A DNA stretch of 64,000 nt from Gemmiger formicilis. GTDB taxonomy: Bacteria; Bacillota_I; Bacilli_A; RFN20; CAG-826. Location of the stretch: the NCBI GenBank assembly GCA_963626345.1, contig CAVFXI010000015.1, positions 12,485-76,484 of the forward strand, given 5' to 3'. Both the position numbers and the translations under genes were made by a program. This document shows, in pieces, positions 8,978 through 19,812 of this stretch. The notes under the pieces are model-generated. The model searched no databases, had not been told where the DNA came from, and saw only the letters and a program-made list of their open reading frames with translations. Within the stretch, counting starts at the first letter, position 1, and each line of letters opens with the position of its first letter.

Positions 8978-9197
8978 ATCCATTCCTCCATGCGCATTTA
9001 ATATTAATATTAAATGATTAACTTGTCTACAATTTGTTTCGTTTTTATTGATTTCCATTTTGGTTTAGACATAACCCCAAAAAAGATAGTAATGCGGTCA
9101 TAAATCATAAAAAAGGAAACACGAAAATAGTACCTATGTAGTTTTTAAATTTAAAATCTTTAACAAACTAACACTCTTTCCAAAACCATCATTTCTT

Positions 9198-11177
9198 TTA
9201 TAACTCAGCTTTAAGTTCAAACAAAATATCCCTTAATTCAATGGCTCTTTCAAAATCAAAATCTTTTGCCGCTTTCTTCATTTCGGATTCGATTTGCGAA
9301 ATCTTCTTTTTAAGTTCGCTCTTACTCATCTTACCCTTATTTTCAATCGCTTCCTCTTCCGATTTCTTAAAGTTTGTTATTGGAGGTTTAATTTCTTTAA
9401 TAATTGTTTCAGGAATAATTCCATTTTCTTTGTTATATGCTTCTTGAATTGACCTTCTTCTATTTGTTTCATCAATACAATATTGCATCGAATGAGTGAT
9501 AGAATCTGCATACATGATTGCTATACCATTTTTATTTCTTGCAGCACGCCCAACAACTTGAATAAGGGATCTATTACTTCTTAAGAATCCTTCTTTGTCT
9601 GCATCTAAAATACCAATCAAACTAACTTCTGGAATATCCAGACCTTCTCTTAATAAGTTAATACCAACTAAAACATCATATTTACCCTTCCTTAATTGGT
9701 AAATAATTTGGCTTCTTTCTAAAGTTTTACATTCACTATGTAAATAAACAGTTTTGATGCCTTTTTCTTTTAAATATTTGGTTAAATCTTCGGCCATTTT
9801 TATTGTAAGCGTAACAATCATTGTTCTTTCATGATTTTCAATACGCTTTTTAATTTCAAACAATAAATCATCAATTTGACCTAATGTTGGTCTCACTTCA
9901 ATCTTTGGATCTAAAAGCCCAGTAGGACGAATAATCTGTTCGGCAAATGTGTTATTTGTTAAATTAAGTTCGTAATCTCCAGGAGTAGCTGAAGTAAAAA
10001 TCACTTGTGATATTTCTTTTTCAAATTCGCTAAAATTTAATGGCCTATTGTCTAAAGCACTTGGCAATCTAAAACCATAATCGACAAGAGTTTGTTTTCT
10101 TGAATGATCGCCATTATACATGCCTCTAATTTGTGGAACTGAAACATGCGATTCATCAATAATCATTAAATAATCTCTTGGAAAATAATCTAATAAGCAG
10201 AAAGGTTTTTCTCCTGGCTTTCTTTTATCAATATATCTTGCATAGTTTTCAATGCCTGGGCAAATTCCAAATTCCATAAGATTTTCAACATCTTGTTTTG
10301 TTCTCATCTCAATTCTTTCAGCTTCAAGAGCTTTTCCTTGACTTTTAAAAAATTTAACTCTTTCATCAAGATCTTCTAAAATTTCATTACAAACACTTTT
10401 AACTCTCTCGTAAGTTGACGCGTGATCGTATGCAGGATAAATTGGATAAGTTTTAAATTGTTCAATAACTTCGCCAGTTACAAAATTCACAGATGAAATT
10501 GATTCGATTTCATCATCAAAAGTAGAAATTCTTAAAAATTGTTCTTTTGAAGATATTAAAAAGATATCAATAACATCGCCATTTACTCTAAAAGTACCTG
10601 GTGCAAAATCAATATTATTCTTTTTATATTGCGATTCAATTAGTCTTTTTATAAATTGCTTTCTATCGATTTTTTCATTAATCCTAACTTCGAAAACAAG
10701 TTTAATATATTCGCTAGGATCTGTAAGTCCATATATTGATGCAACAGAAGCAACAATAATAGTATCCCTTCTTTCAAGTATGGAATTAATTGCACTAGTA
10801 CGCATCATTTCAATTTCTTCGTTCATTAAAGCACTTTTATCAATATAAGTGTCACTTGAAGGAATATATGCTTCAGGTTGATAAAAATCGAAATTACTTA
10901 CAAAATATTCAACTCTATTATTAGGAAATAAATCTTTCATTTCTGAATAAACTTGACCAGCAAGTGTTTTATTTGGTTCTAAAATAATTGTTGGTTTTTG
11001 TGTTTTTTCAATGATATTAGCCATAGTAAAAGTTTTGCCAGTACCAGTAGCACCAAGCAATATTTGCTCTTTTTTACCTTCATTGATACCATCAACTAAT
11101 TCTTTAATTGCTTTTGGTTGATCTCCTGTAGGTTTAAAAGAACTAACAATTTTAAAAGGCGTATCACTCTTTATCAT
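9198..11177 (-). CDS. uvrB: excinuclease ABC subunit B UvrB
   Basis: 659 aa; Walker [11 protein letters not shown], helicase motifs, and a C-terminal UvrB/UvrC interaction domain ([25 protein letters not shown]). Confidence 0.95.
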   Translation of the reverse strand: MIKSDTPFKIVSSFKPTGDQPKAIKELVDGINEGKKEQILLGATGTGKTFTMANIIEKTQKPTIILEPNKTLAGQVYSEMKDLFPNNRVEYFVSNFDFYQPEAYIPSSDTYIDKSALMNEEIEMMRTSAINSILERRDTIIVASVASIYGLTDPSEYIKLVFEVRINEKIDRKQFIKRLIESQYKKNNIDFAPGTFRVNGDVIDIFLISSKEQFLRISTFDDEIESISSVNFVTGEVIEQFKTYPIYPAYDHASTYERVKSVCNEILEDLDERVKFFKSQGKALEAERIEMRTKQDVENLMEFGICPGIENYARYIDKRKPGEKPFCLLDYFPRDYLMIIDESHVSVPQIRGMYNGDHSRKQTLVDYGFRLPSALDNRPLNFSEFEKEISQVIFTSATPGDYELNLTNNTFAEQIIRPTGLLDPKIEVRPTLGQIDDLLFEIKKRIENHERTMIVTLTIKMAEDLTKYLKEKGIKTVYLHSECKTLERSQIIYQLRKGKYDVLVGINLLREGLDIPEVSLIGILDADKEGFLRSNRSLIQVVGRAARNKNGIAIMYADSITHSMQYCIDETNRRRSIQEAYNKENGIIPETIIKEIKPPITNFKKSEEEAIENKGKMSKSELKKKISQIESEMKKAAKDFDFERAIELRDILFELKAEL

Positions 11178-12213
11178 TTTCTTCTTTTTTCCTATTTTTC
11201 TTTTTTAAATCTTTACTAACTTTAGTAATTGTATTTTGTTTAGTTGATACAAGTGGTGACCATCCATCGCCTGTGACTTGTTTTGCTTGATAGCAAAATA
11301 AAAATGCTTTTGGATCGATTTCAGAAACTTCATCTTTAATTTTTATGAATTCACGAGGTCTTATAACAACTCTTACAACCTTTTTACTTTCTTTAGAATA
11401 ACCACCAATCGCACTATAAATAGTGGATGATCTATCTAATACATTAATAATATAATCATTTATTTCTTTTGATTTAGTTGTTGTAATATCGAGAACAAGT
11501 CCCGAACCTGAGTTATAGATAACCTCAATCATTCCTGAACATGCAGCCGCACTTAAAATACCCACAAGACCACTATAAAGACCTTGGGAATTTTTCCCAA
11601 AAATGCTAACAAATATGCCAGCCATAATAATTGTTCCATCAACAATTAAACTTAAAATACTAGTTTTAATATTTGTAAATTTATTAATTATAAAAACTAA
11701 AACATCAACTCCACCAGTTGAACCACCAGCATTAAAAGTAATTCCACATCCAATGCCAGTTAAGGCACCACCTGTTAAAGCAATTATAATTAAACGACCA
11801 ACATCCATTAATTCTAAATTTGTAACAACTATTGTTCCACCACTTTTATCTATAGACATTCCATCAACCAAAAGTAATTTAATGATACCTTCAGCTAAAC
11901 TCGTCCTTAATAGAATTGATAAAAATATAGGATAAAAAATTGTAGCAATTAATGTTGATGCCGAAAATTTAAAACCTAAGAAAATTAACCCTAATAAAAA
12001 TAGTGACCACATAATGATATACGACCATATATCAACACTTAATAACCCTGTTTTGCTTAAAAGTATTGAAATACCACTTATACCACCATTAACAATTGAA
12101 AATGGAACCAAAAATATACCTGAAGCAATCGAAAGCAAAACAGTTCCAAAAAGCACCAAAAATATAGTTTTAAGTGTATTTCTAATATTCTTTCTTGAAA
12201 ATATTTGTTCCAT
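11164..12213 (-). CDS. YitT-family membrane protein (DUF161 + C-terminal DUF2179)
   Basis: Multi-pass membrane N-terminal region with a soluble C-terminal domain, an architecture typical of YitT/YqfU. Confidence 0.65.
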   Translation of the reverse strand: MEQIFSRKNIRNTLKTIFLVLFGTVLLSIASGIFLVPFSIVNGGISGISILLSKTGLLSVDIWSYIIMWSLFLLGLIFLGFKFSASTLIATIFYPIFLSILLRTSLAEGIIKLLLVDGMSIDKSGGTIVVTNLELMDVGRLIIIALTGGALTGIGCGITFNAGGSTGGVDVLVFIINKFTNIKTSILSLIVDGTIIMAGIFVSIFGKNSQGLYSGLVGILSAAACSGMIEVIYNSGSGLVLDITTTKSKEINDYIINVLDRSSTIYSAIGGYSKESKKVVRVVIRPREFIKIKDEVSEIDPKAFLFCYQAKQVTGDGWSPLVSTKQNTITKVSKDLKKKNRKKEENDKE

Positions 12214-12217
12214 AAAT

Positions 12218-13325
12218 CTATTTTCCCCCTTTTGAAATCAATTCAAGATAACCATATACAAATTTATTAATATCGCCATCCATTACATTATTAATTTGAG
12301 TATCTTCAACATTTGTTCTATTATCCTTAACTAAAGTATAAGGACAAAAAACATAACTTCTAATTTGACTACCCCATTCAATATTTTTCTTTTGACCAAC
12401 AAGATCATTTTTCATTTCTTCGTTTTTTTCTTTTTGAAGTTCATAAAGTTTAGAACGAAGCATATTCATTGCCATTTCTTTATTTTTTAATTGGAATCTA
12501 TCAATTTGGCAAGAAACAACAATACCAGTAGGCAAATGTGTAATTCTAACAGCGGTTTCGACTTTATTAACGTTTTGTCCTCCAGCACCACTTGATCTAT
12601 AAGTGTCGATTTTCAAGTCACTATCTTTAATTTCAATATTAATTGCATCATCAAGTTGAGGAACAACATTTACACTAGCAAACGAAGTATGTCTTCTTTT
12701 ATTTGCATCAAATGGAGAAATTCTTACTAAACGATGAACACCTTTTTCGCCTTTTAATAATCCATAAGCATATTTACCACTTATTAATAATGTAACTGAT
12801 TTAACCCCTATTCCATCGCCGACATCAAAATCAGCAACTTTATAAGTTAAGCCATTTCTTTCGCAAAATCTTGTGTACATTCTTAAAAGCATATTAGCCC
12901 AATCACAAGCTTCCGTACCACCTGCACCTGGATGAATATCTAAAATACAATCAGAATCATCATATTTTCCAGCAAAAAGAATCAATCTTTTTAATTCGCT
13001 TAAATGATTTTCCATTTCCTTGTATTCGTCACTTGCAAGATCTATCATCTCAAGATCATTAATATCTAAAGTTTCAGCAAGATCAAAAAGATCATTCACT
13101 TCTTTTTGGGTTTTTGAAAAAAGCTCCTTTTTATAAATTAAATCATTCTTATGTTCAATGATTTTATTTGCTTCTCTTTGGTTCAACCAAAAAGAATCAT
13201 CCATGCTTTTATCATCAATTTCTTTTATTTCTTGGTTAATTTTTTCTACATCAAAGAGAATTACCGAGCTTGGTAATTTCTACTTTTGCTGCATTTAATC
13301 CTTCCTTAATTGTATATAAATCCAT
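12218..13325 (-). CDS. prfB: peptide chain release factor 2, made by a programmed +1 frameshift: ORF0 13325..13254, shift, then 13252..12218
   Basis: Short ORF0 [24 protein letters not shown] ends at CTT TGA T (13256..13250). The +1 frame continues [22 protein letters not shown] into the 328-aa ORF, which carries SPF and GGQ motifs. Confidence 0.9.
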
Positions 13326-13341
13326 GTTTTTCCCCTATAAA

Positions 13342-16005
13342 CTAGTTAGTATGAATCCTAGATTCATCGACATCCTCGGCAGCTTTTTTATCTTTGTCGA
13401 TATCACTAATATTTAAATTTGGTTGTTCTAATTTCTTTTGAGCTTCTGCCTTAGCAACACGATCTTGAATTTCTTGCATGTTCTTAGCATGTAAAGCAGC
13501 CATTCTTGAATCCGCCATTGAAACACGTGGACCAACTGGATTTCCATTAATGACTGGTCTAGCATCGTCTTCTTTCTTAATGACAGTTTCAGATTCTTCC
13601 TTCTTTTCTTCTTGTTTTGTAGCATTTACTTGAGGAACAAAGTTCTCTTTCTTTTCTTCTTGAACTTCAACTTTTACATTAAGTAAATTCAAAACAACTT
13701 CAAGAGCAATAACTTCATTCATTTCTCTAAACATAGCCCAACCTTCATTAACATAATCTTGAAGTGGGTTTATTTGCGCATAACTTCTTAATGAGACAGA
13801 TTCTCTAAATCTTGCCATATTATCAATTTGTTGTGTCCAGTTACGATCAATAACTCTTAAAGTTAACTCTCTTTCTAAATGTTCTGCAAAATCCTTATCC
13901 CAAGTCTTTTTTCTAGCTAAGTAAGAATCAAGCAAAACTTCGCCTAAATCTTCGCCAGCATCAGTTGCATCTGCTTCTTCGTATAAAGATGCATCAAATT
14001 CTTCTGGTTTTAAGAATCTTGGAACAACTAAATCTTGTAATAATTTAGCACTAACTAAATTTTTGGCTTTTTCTTCTTCAGGAACAGCGCGTTTACAAAG
14101 AGCTTTACCACAATCAGAGAAAATTTCTAAAAGTAAATCGTTAATATCGGTTGCAAATAAAATCTTGTCACGTTTTGCATACATAATAGATCTTTGTTTG
14201 CTTAAAACATCATCATAATCAAGTAAACTCTTACGAACGTCAAAGTTTTGGCCTTCAATACGCTTTTGAGCTGAAGTAATTGCAGTAGTTAAAGCTTTTG
14301 ATTCAATAGCTTCATCTCCACAAGAAGCAAATATTTTTCTTAAATTATCGTTAGCAAAACGAATCATTAATTCATCATCAAGAGAAACATAAAATCTTGA
14401 GAAACCAGGATCACCTTGACGACCACTACGACCACGTAATTGGTTATCAATACGTCTTGATTCGTGTCTTTCCAATCCAAAAACACAAAGACCACCAAGT
14501 TTTCTAGTTTCTTCTGTTAATTTAATATCAGTACCACGACCTGCCATATTAGTAGCAAGAGTAATATGCCCAAGTTCACCAGCATGAGCAACAATTTCTG
14601 CTTCACGTTCATGGTTTTTAGCGTTTAACATATCGTATTTAAGTCCAGCTTTATCAAGATAAACTGCAACTTCTTCACTTGCTTCAACTGATGGAGTACC
14701 AATCAAAATAGGTTGACCAGTTGCATGTCTTTCAGCAACTTCTTTTACAAGGGCTTTAATCTTTGCTTCTTTAGTCGCAAAAACATAATCTGGAGCATCA
14801 ATTCTTTGAATTGGACGATTGGTTGGAATAACAACAACGTTCATATTATAAATTTTTCTAAATTCTTCTTCTTCAGTTTTTGCAGTACCTGTCATACCGC
14901 CAATTTTCTTAAATAATCTAAAGAAGTTTTGATATGTAATTGTTGCTAAAGTTGAAGTTTCTTCTTTAATTTCAACACCTTCCTTAGCTTGAATAGCTTG
15001 TTGAAGTCCATCACTATATTCACGTCCTTTTAAAATACGACCAGTAAATGTATCAATTAATTGAATCTCATTATTTTGGTCAACAAGATATTCAACATCT
15101 CTTGTCATAATGTAATTAGCTTTTAAAGCTTGTTGAATTCTATGAACTAATTCTTGATATTGAGGATCATAAATGTTTTTGATACCAAACATTTTATCGG
15201 CTTTATTGTTACCTTCTTCAGTTAAGGAAACGGTTTTATCCTTAACATCGATTGTATAATCTTCATCTTTCTTCAAATATTTCGCAAATTTATCAGCAAC
15301 AATATATTGAGAAGCGGTCGCTTTTTTACCACCAGAAATAATAAGTGGAGTTCTAGATTCATCAACTAAAATACTATCAGCTTCATCAATAACAGCAAAA
15401 TTTAAACCTCTTAATACACGTCTTTGGGTGCTTTGAGCCATGTTATCACGAAGATAATCAAAACCCAATTCACTATTAATTGTGTAAGTAATATCGCAAG
15501 CATGGGCTGCTTTCTTTTCGCTTGTCCCTAAACTATGTAAGTTAACACCAACTGTTAAACCTAAAAATCTATAAACTTGGCCCATCCAATCAGCATCACG
15601 AGTGGCAAGATATTCGTTAACAGTAACAACATGAACACCTTTGCCTTCAAGTGCATTTAAATAAACTGCCATTGTACATGTTAAAGTTTTACCTTCGCCT
15701 GTACGCATTTCAGCAATTTCACCATCATTTAAAACTAAAGAACCAATAATTTGAACTTCAAATGGATATTGTCCTAAAGTTCTTTTTGCAGCTTCTCTAC
15801 AAACTGCAAATGCTTCAAATTTAATATCTTCTAAAGTTTTACCTTCAGCTAAAAGTTTACGAAAATAAGGAGTTTTAGCTCTTAATTCTTCATCGGTTAA
15901 CTTACCCATTTCATCTGCGTAAGATTCGACCTTCTTTGCTTGTCGTTTATATTTCTTTAAAACTCTCTCATCAACTCTAAATAATTTCTCAATAAAATTT
16001 CCCAT
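13342..16005 (-). CDS. secA: preprotein translocase ATPase SecA
   Basis: 887 aa; DEAD-like motor (MRTGEGKTL, DEADS), preprotein cross-linking domain, and an acidic C-terminal tail. Confidence 0.95.
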   Translation of the reverse strand: MGNFIEKLFRVDERVLKKYKRQAKKVESYADEMGKLTDEELRAKTPYFRKLLAEGKTLEDIKFEAFAVCREAAKRTLGQYPFEVQIIGSLVLNDGEIAEMRTGEGKTLTCTMAVYLNALEGKGVHVVTVNEYLATRDADWMGQVYRFLGLTVGVNLHSLGTSEKKAAHACDITYTINSELGFDYLRDNMAQSTQRRVLRGLNFAVIDEADSILVDESRTPLIISGGKKATASQYIVADKFAKYLKKDEDYTIDVKDKTVSLTEEGNNKADKMFGIKNIYDPQYQELVHRIQQALKANYIMTRDVEYLVDQNNEIQLIDTFTGRILKGREYSDGLQQAIQAKEGVEIKEETSTLATITYQNFFRLFKKIGGMTGTAKTEEEEFRKIYNMNVVVIPTNRPIQRIDAPDYVFATKEAKIKALVKEVAERHATGQPILIGTPSVEASEEVAVYLDKAGLKYDMLNAKNHEREAEIVAHAGELGHITLATNMAGRGTDIKLTEETRKLGGLCVFGLERHESRRIDNQLRGRSGRQGDPGFSRFYVSLDDELMIRFANDNLRKIFASCGDEAIESKALTTAITSAQKRIEGQNFDVRKSLLDYDDVLSKQRSIMYAKRDKILFATDINDLLLEIFSDCGKALCKRAVPEEEKAKNLVSAKLLQDLVVPRFLKPEEFDASLYEEADATDAGEDLGEVLLDSYLARKKTWDKDFAEHLERELTLRVIDRNWTQQIDNMARFRESVSLRSYAQINPLQDYVNEGWAMFREMNEVIALEVVLNLLNVKVEVQEEKKENFVPQVNATKQEEKKEESETVIKKEDDARPVINGNPVGPRVSMADSRMAALHAKNMQEIQDRVAKAEAQKKLEQPNLNISDIDKDKKAAEDVDESRIHTN

Positions 16006-16074
16006 ACTAAATCATCCTTTAAATCAACGTTTATAAGTTTACCATTATATATAATGGTATTCAAACACAATAAA

Positions 16075-16761
16075 TTATAACCTTTCTTTAATTTTAGTGC
16101 TAAAAGTATTAGTTTCATCGATTTCTCTTTTTGCTAAACAAAGAACTTTTACTTTTCTTGCACCATATTTTTTCATTATCTTAATTGCCGCTTTCATTGA
16201 AGCGCCTGTTGTGATTACATCATCAACAATTAGAATTTTCTTATTTTTTACCTTAAATTTTTCATCAAACTTTAAGATATCCCCAATCTTTTGTCTGTCC
16301 TCATAATTTAATTCTTTTTGCTTGATATTTTCTGTCTTAATTAAACATTTATACATTTCAAGGTCCAAACACTTAAAAATTTCGACTACATGGTTAAAAC
16401 CTCTTTTTTGATCATCTTCAAAATATGATGGGATTGGAACAATTTTATACCCATCGAAAATAGTTTCTAATTCAAGTTTAAATGGCTCTACAAAAATATC
16501 TTTTAACTCATAATCTTCACAACCTTTATAAAGATAAATCTTATCTTTTATTTGGTCATCATATTTATAAATTGCAAGTGCATTGACCCCATCTATTTTA
16601 AAAAATTTAAAGATAGGATCAAACTTGAATAAACACCTATCACATAAATTATAATCAAGCGAAAATAATTTATGAAAACTTTGAAAATTAATGTCATTAA
16701 AGCAGTTTTTGCAAATGTGAGTTTGCTTCTTTTGTTTTTCTAATAGCTTCTTCCATATCAT
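16075..16761 (-). CDS. comFC: competence protein ComFC (phosphoribosyltransferase-domain protein)
   Basis: N-terminal double zinc ribbon (CKNCF...CDRC) and a PRTase motif (ILIVDDVITTGAS). Confidence 0.8.
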   Translation of the reverse strand: MIWKKLLEKQKKQTHICKNCFNDINFQSFHKLFSLDYNLCDRCLFKFDPIFKFFKIDGVNALAIYKYDDQIKDKIYLYKGCEDYELKDIFVEPFKLELETIFDGYKIVPIPSYFEDDQKRGFNHVVEIFKCLDLEMYKCLIKTENIKQKELNYEDRQKIGDILKFDEKFKVKNKKILIVDDVITTGASMKAAIKIMKKYGARKVKVLCLAKREIDETNTFSTKIKERL

Positions 16762-17854
16762 TTGTTTTTTTATTTCCTAAAAATATAACCTCCCCATCTG
16801 GTGCATCCTTAACTCTTCCAACCCTACCAGAAATTTGGATCAATGCTGAAGAGTTATAAATTTTATGATCTGCATTAAAAATTATTACTTGTAAATTTTT
16901 AACTGTTACACCTCTTTCTAAAACGGCCGTTGTGACAAGATATTTATATTTTCCATGACGAAAATCTTCAATTATTTTGCTCCTTTCCTTTACTTGCGAA
17001 TGAACTCTATTACCATTTGGAACAACCATAGAAATTAATTTAAAAACCTCCTCACATTCATCTATTGTTGCTACAAAAAGAAAGCACGGTTTCTTCATTT
17101 TTTGATAATCTTTTAGCTTTTTTGCTAAATAAATATACTTTGTTGGGCCATAAAGTAAAACTATTTTAGGCACAGGAATTGGCTTCATATGATACCTAGT
17201 ATACAAAGTTACTATTTTATGACCTGGTTTAGAAAATTCATTTATTACTGAAGGGGAAGGCGTTGCCGACATAAGGACATAATTCTTTTTTACACTTCTT
17301 CTAAAAAGACTTATTAAAACTGGGTTGTCTTTATATGGAAATGCATCAATTTCATCCAATATAAGTAAATCAAAATATTTTTCATATCGATAAAGTTGAT
17401 GGGTTGTTAATACGATAATATCGCCCACTAATTCACTTGTGCTACCTCCAAAAACACTAACAACTTTATTGTTTATGAAAGTTTTTGATAGTCTTACACC
17501 AAGTTCACTAACTACATCTTTTCTAGGTATGGCAAAACCAACTCGGTACGCATTTTTCAAAGCATATTCAATGACTTTAAAAACAAGTTCAGTCTTACCT
17601 GCTCCACAAACAGCATAAATTAGTGTGTTGATTCCATTAATATAGTTATCTCTTACTTCTTCAGAAATTCTAACCTGTTCCTTGCTTAAAGGATACTTGA
17701 TTATTGCATCTGAATTGGTTGGCGGCAAAAACGTTTCATCTTTATCGACTTTTTCACCCATAAAAGAGATACACCTTCTGCAGTAAGGTTTACCATTTTT
17801 ATAACCAACATACCTTGGGTTACTGTTCTTACAAATTGGACATACAAATTCCAT
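16697..17854 (-). CDS. comFA: competence protein ComFA (DEAD/DEAH helicase)
   Basis: N-terminal zinc finger (CPICK...CRRC), Walker A AVCGAGKTE, DEID box. Start placed at MEFVCPICK, which has a GAAGGGGAA SD 7 nt upstream. The ORF-track N-terminus begins at a TTG within the leader. Coordinate of the start +/-1. Confidence 0.8.
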   Translation of the reverse strand: MEFVCPICKNSNPRYVGYKNGKPYCRRCISFMGEKVDKDETFLPPTNSDAIIKYPLSKEQVRISEEVRDNYINGINTLIYAVCGAGKTELVFKVIEYALKNAYRVGFAIPRKDVVSELGVRLSKTFINNKVVSVFGGSTSELVGDIIVLTTHQLYRYEKYFDLLILDEIDAFPYKDNPVLISLFRRSVKKNYVLMSATPSPSVINEFSKPGHKIVTLYTRYHMKPIPVPKIVLLYGPTKYIYLAKKLKDYQKMKKPCFLFVATIDECEEVFKLISMVVPNGNRVHSQVKERSKIIEDFRHGKYKYLVTTAVLERGVTVKNLQVIIFNADHKIYNSSALIQISGRVGRVKDAPDGEVIFLGNKKTNDMEEAIRKTKEANSHLQKLL

Positions 17855-17899
17855 AAAAAATTCCCCTTCACTATTAATAGGGGGGGAATTCAAAAAATT
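17855..17899 (-). repeat. Copy 1 of the 45-nt leader cassette AAATTTTTTGAATTCCCCCCCTATTAATAGTGAAGGGGAATTTTTT just upstream of the comFA ATG. It has a C7 tract, and the hairpin arms AATTCCCC/GGGGAATT take in the SD
   Basis: Near-identical copy at 42448..42492 upstream of an unrelated gene. The C7 run follows from the ORF-track translation NSPPINSEGEFF. Confidence 0.7.
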
Positions 17900-17913
17900 T
17901 TCACTTTTTTTAA

Positions 17914-18351
17914 TTATTTTTCAAAATTTTTTATTGTATCAACTCTCAAACAATGTCTACCAGCTTCAAAAGGTGTGTTTAAGAAAATATCAGTTCTATG
18001 GATTATGTCTTCAATTTTCATAAATTTTGCACCAAAAGAAATCATATTACAGTCATTATGTTGTCTAATTAGACTTGCAACTTCATCATTGTAAGCAAGC
18101 CCACAACGGATTCCATGAACTTTGTTTGCAGCAATCGAAATACCTTCACCGCTTGTGCAAATTACAACACCAAACTCGCACGTTCCAGCCGAAACAAGTT
18201 CTGCTGCTTTTAATCCAAACTCTGCATAATTGCAACTATCTAAAGAATTAGTTCCAACATCAATAACTTCATATCCTTCTTGTTCTAAGTGTTGCTTCAA
18301 TGCTTCTTTAGCAATGAAACCACCATGATCTGATCCAATTGAAATTTTCAT
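17914..18351 (-). CDS. rpiB: ribose-5-phosphate isomerase B
   Basis: 145 aa; MKISIGSDHGG and the catalytic Cys region VICTSGEGISIAANK. Confidence 0.85.
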   Translation of the reverse strand: MKISIGSDHGGFIAKEALKQHLEQEGYEVIDVGTNSLDSCNYAEFGLKAAELVSAGTCEFGVVICTSGEGISIAANKVHGIRCGLAYNDEVASLIRQHNDCNMISFGAKFMKIEDIIHRTDIFLNTPFEAGRHCLRVDTIKNFEK

Positions 18352-18992
18352 TTTATTTTCTCCTTGATTTCTTCTAATGATAATTTACCTTTTCTTATTA
18401 ACGAAATTTTATCTCCATCAATTTTTATTATAGTTGATGGAACACCTTTTTCACAATTGCCTTCAATTACCCCATCAATTTCCCCCTCAAATTCAGATAT
18501 GACACTATTAGTATTCATACATGGTTCTTTACCAGATTTATTACATGAAGGCACAAAAAGTGGTTCATTTACAGCATCAATTAATTTTAAGACAAATTCA
18601 TCATTAGGAATTCTAATTCCAACAAATCCACTTCCATGATCAATGCAATATGGTATCCCTTCCTTTGCTTTAACAATAATAGTTAAAGGACCAGGCATAA
18701 ATTCTTTAACTATTTTCTTAGAAATTTCATTAAATTCAATATACGTTTCGACCTGTTTTATATTTGAACACATTAAAGTAAATGGTTTTTCAGGAGGTCT
18801 TTTTTTAACTTCAACTAACTTATTATAGTTTTCTAACTTGGGTGCTTTAACACCTAATCCAAAAACAGTTTCTGTAGGAAAAGCTAAAAGACCATCATTT
18901 TTTAAAATTTCGCTAGCTTCTTTAATTTGATTTTTCTTCAAGATTTTCAATATTATAGCCTCCAAAGATAAATAAATATCTATCTTTACCAT
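18348..18992 (-). CDS. tsaC: L-threonylcarbamoyladenylate synthase (YrdC/YwlC/Sua5 family)
   Basis: FPTETVFGLG signature. Start moved to the internal Met (MVKIDIYL) to limit overlap with prmC. Confidence 0.8.
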   Translation of the reverse strand: MVKIDIYLSLEAIILKILKKNQIKEASEILKNDGLLAFPTETVFGLGVKAPKLENYNKLVEVKKRPPEKPFTLMCSNIKQVETYIEFNEISKKIVKEFMPGPLTIIVKAKEGIPYCIDHGSGFVGIRIPNDEFVLKLIDAVNEPLFVPSCNKSGKEPCMNTNSVISEFEGEIDGVIEGNCEKGVPSTIIKIDGDKISLIRKGKLSLEEIKEKIK

Positions 18993-19809
18993 ATATATCT
19001 TTTTTAAATATATATTGTACATTTTCTCTATCAAAATAATGATTAATCAATGCAGAAAGTCCTTCTTTTTGATCAAAATTAATTTCAAAAGCCATGAAAA
19101 ATTTATCATTCATTACGCTTTTATAATGCCTAAAATATGAATCATAAAAATGTAAACCATTCATGGAATAAATAGCATTAAGTGGTTCATATCTTAAAAC
19201 TTTAGGCTCTATATCATTAATATTTTCAACATATGGAGGATTAGAAATTAATACATCAATTTTAATTTTGTTTTCCTCTAAAGGCTGCAATCTACTGCCT
19301 TTAAGCAAATTGATATTCAAATTAAGTCTTTCTTTATTAATTTTTGCAACAATCAATGGATCTTCATATTTATCCGTTGCATAAACGGTAGATTGACTAA
19401 ATTGTTCTTTCATGTAAAGCGCGATGCAACCACTACCTGTGCAAATATCTGCAATAGAACCATGATTTAATTGATATTTATTTATATAATCCTTAACAAA
19501 AAGCGCTAATCCTTCAGTCTCTGGTCTAGGAATTAAAACATTTCTGTTAATAAATATATCCAAATCAATAAAAGAGGTCTTTCCTAAAATATATTGAATA
19601 GGTTCTCCATCGAGTAATTTATTCAAATTTCGTATATATAACGCCTTATTTTTAATTTTTTCATCAAAATTAATAACCAATTCAGTATATGAAGAAAGCT
19701 CGTTAGCATTTGCTAATAATCGATAAATTTCAGTATCACTAATATTATTATTTTTGCGTTTTTTTAATTGTTCTTTTGTATCTAGAAAAACTTCTCTATT
19801 AGTTTCCAT
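18922..19809 (-). CDS. prmC: release factor glutamine methyltransferase PrmC (HemK)
   Basis: NPPY catalytic motif (ISNPPYVE) and SAM-binding DICTGSGCIAL. Confidence 0.85.
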   Translation of the reverse strand: METNREVFLDTKEQLKKRKNNNISDTEIYRLLANANELSSYTELVINFDEKIKNKALYIRNLNKLLDGEPIQYILGKTSFIDLDIFINRNVLIPRPETEGLALFVKDYINKYQLNHGSIADICTGSGCIALYMKEQFSQSTVYATDKYEDPLIVAKINKERLNLNINLLKGSRLQPLEENKIKIDVLISNPPYVENINDIEPKVLRYEPLNAIYSMNGLHFYDSYFRHYKSVMNDKFFMAFEINFDQKEGLSALINHYFDRENVQYIFKKDIYGKDRYLFIFGGYNIENLEEKSN

Positions 19810-19812
19810 AAA

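Noticed and set aside
8978-9058. 27-residue N-terminal extension on the secG ORF
   Set aside because: A GGAGGAA SD sits 7 nt before the internal MQW start. SecG proteins begin at the first TM helix. The extension has no SD
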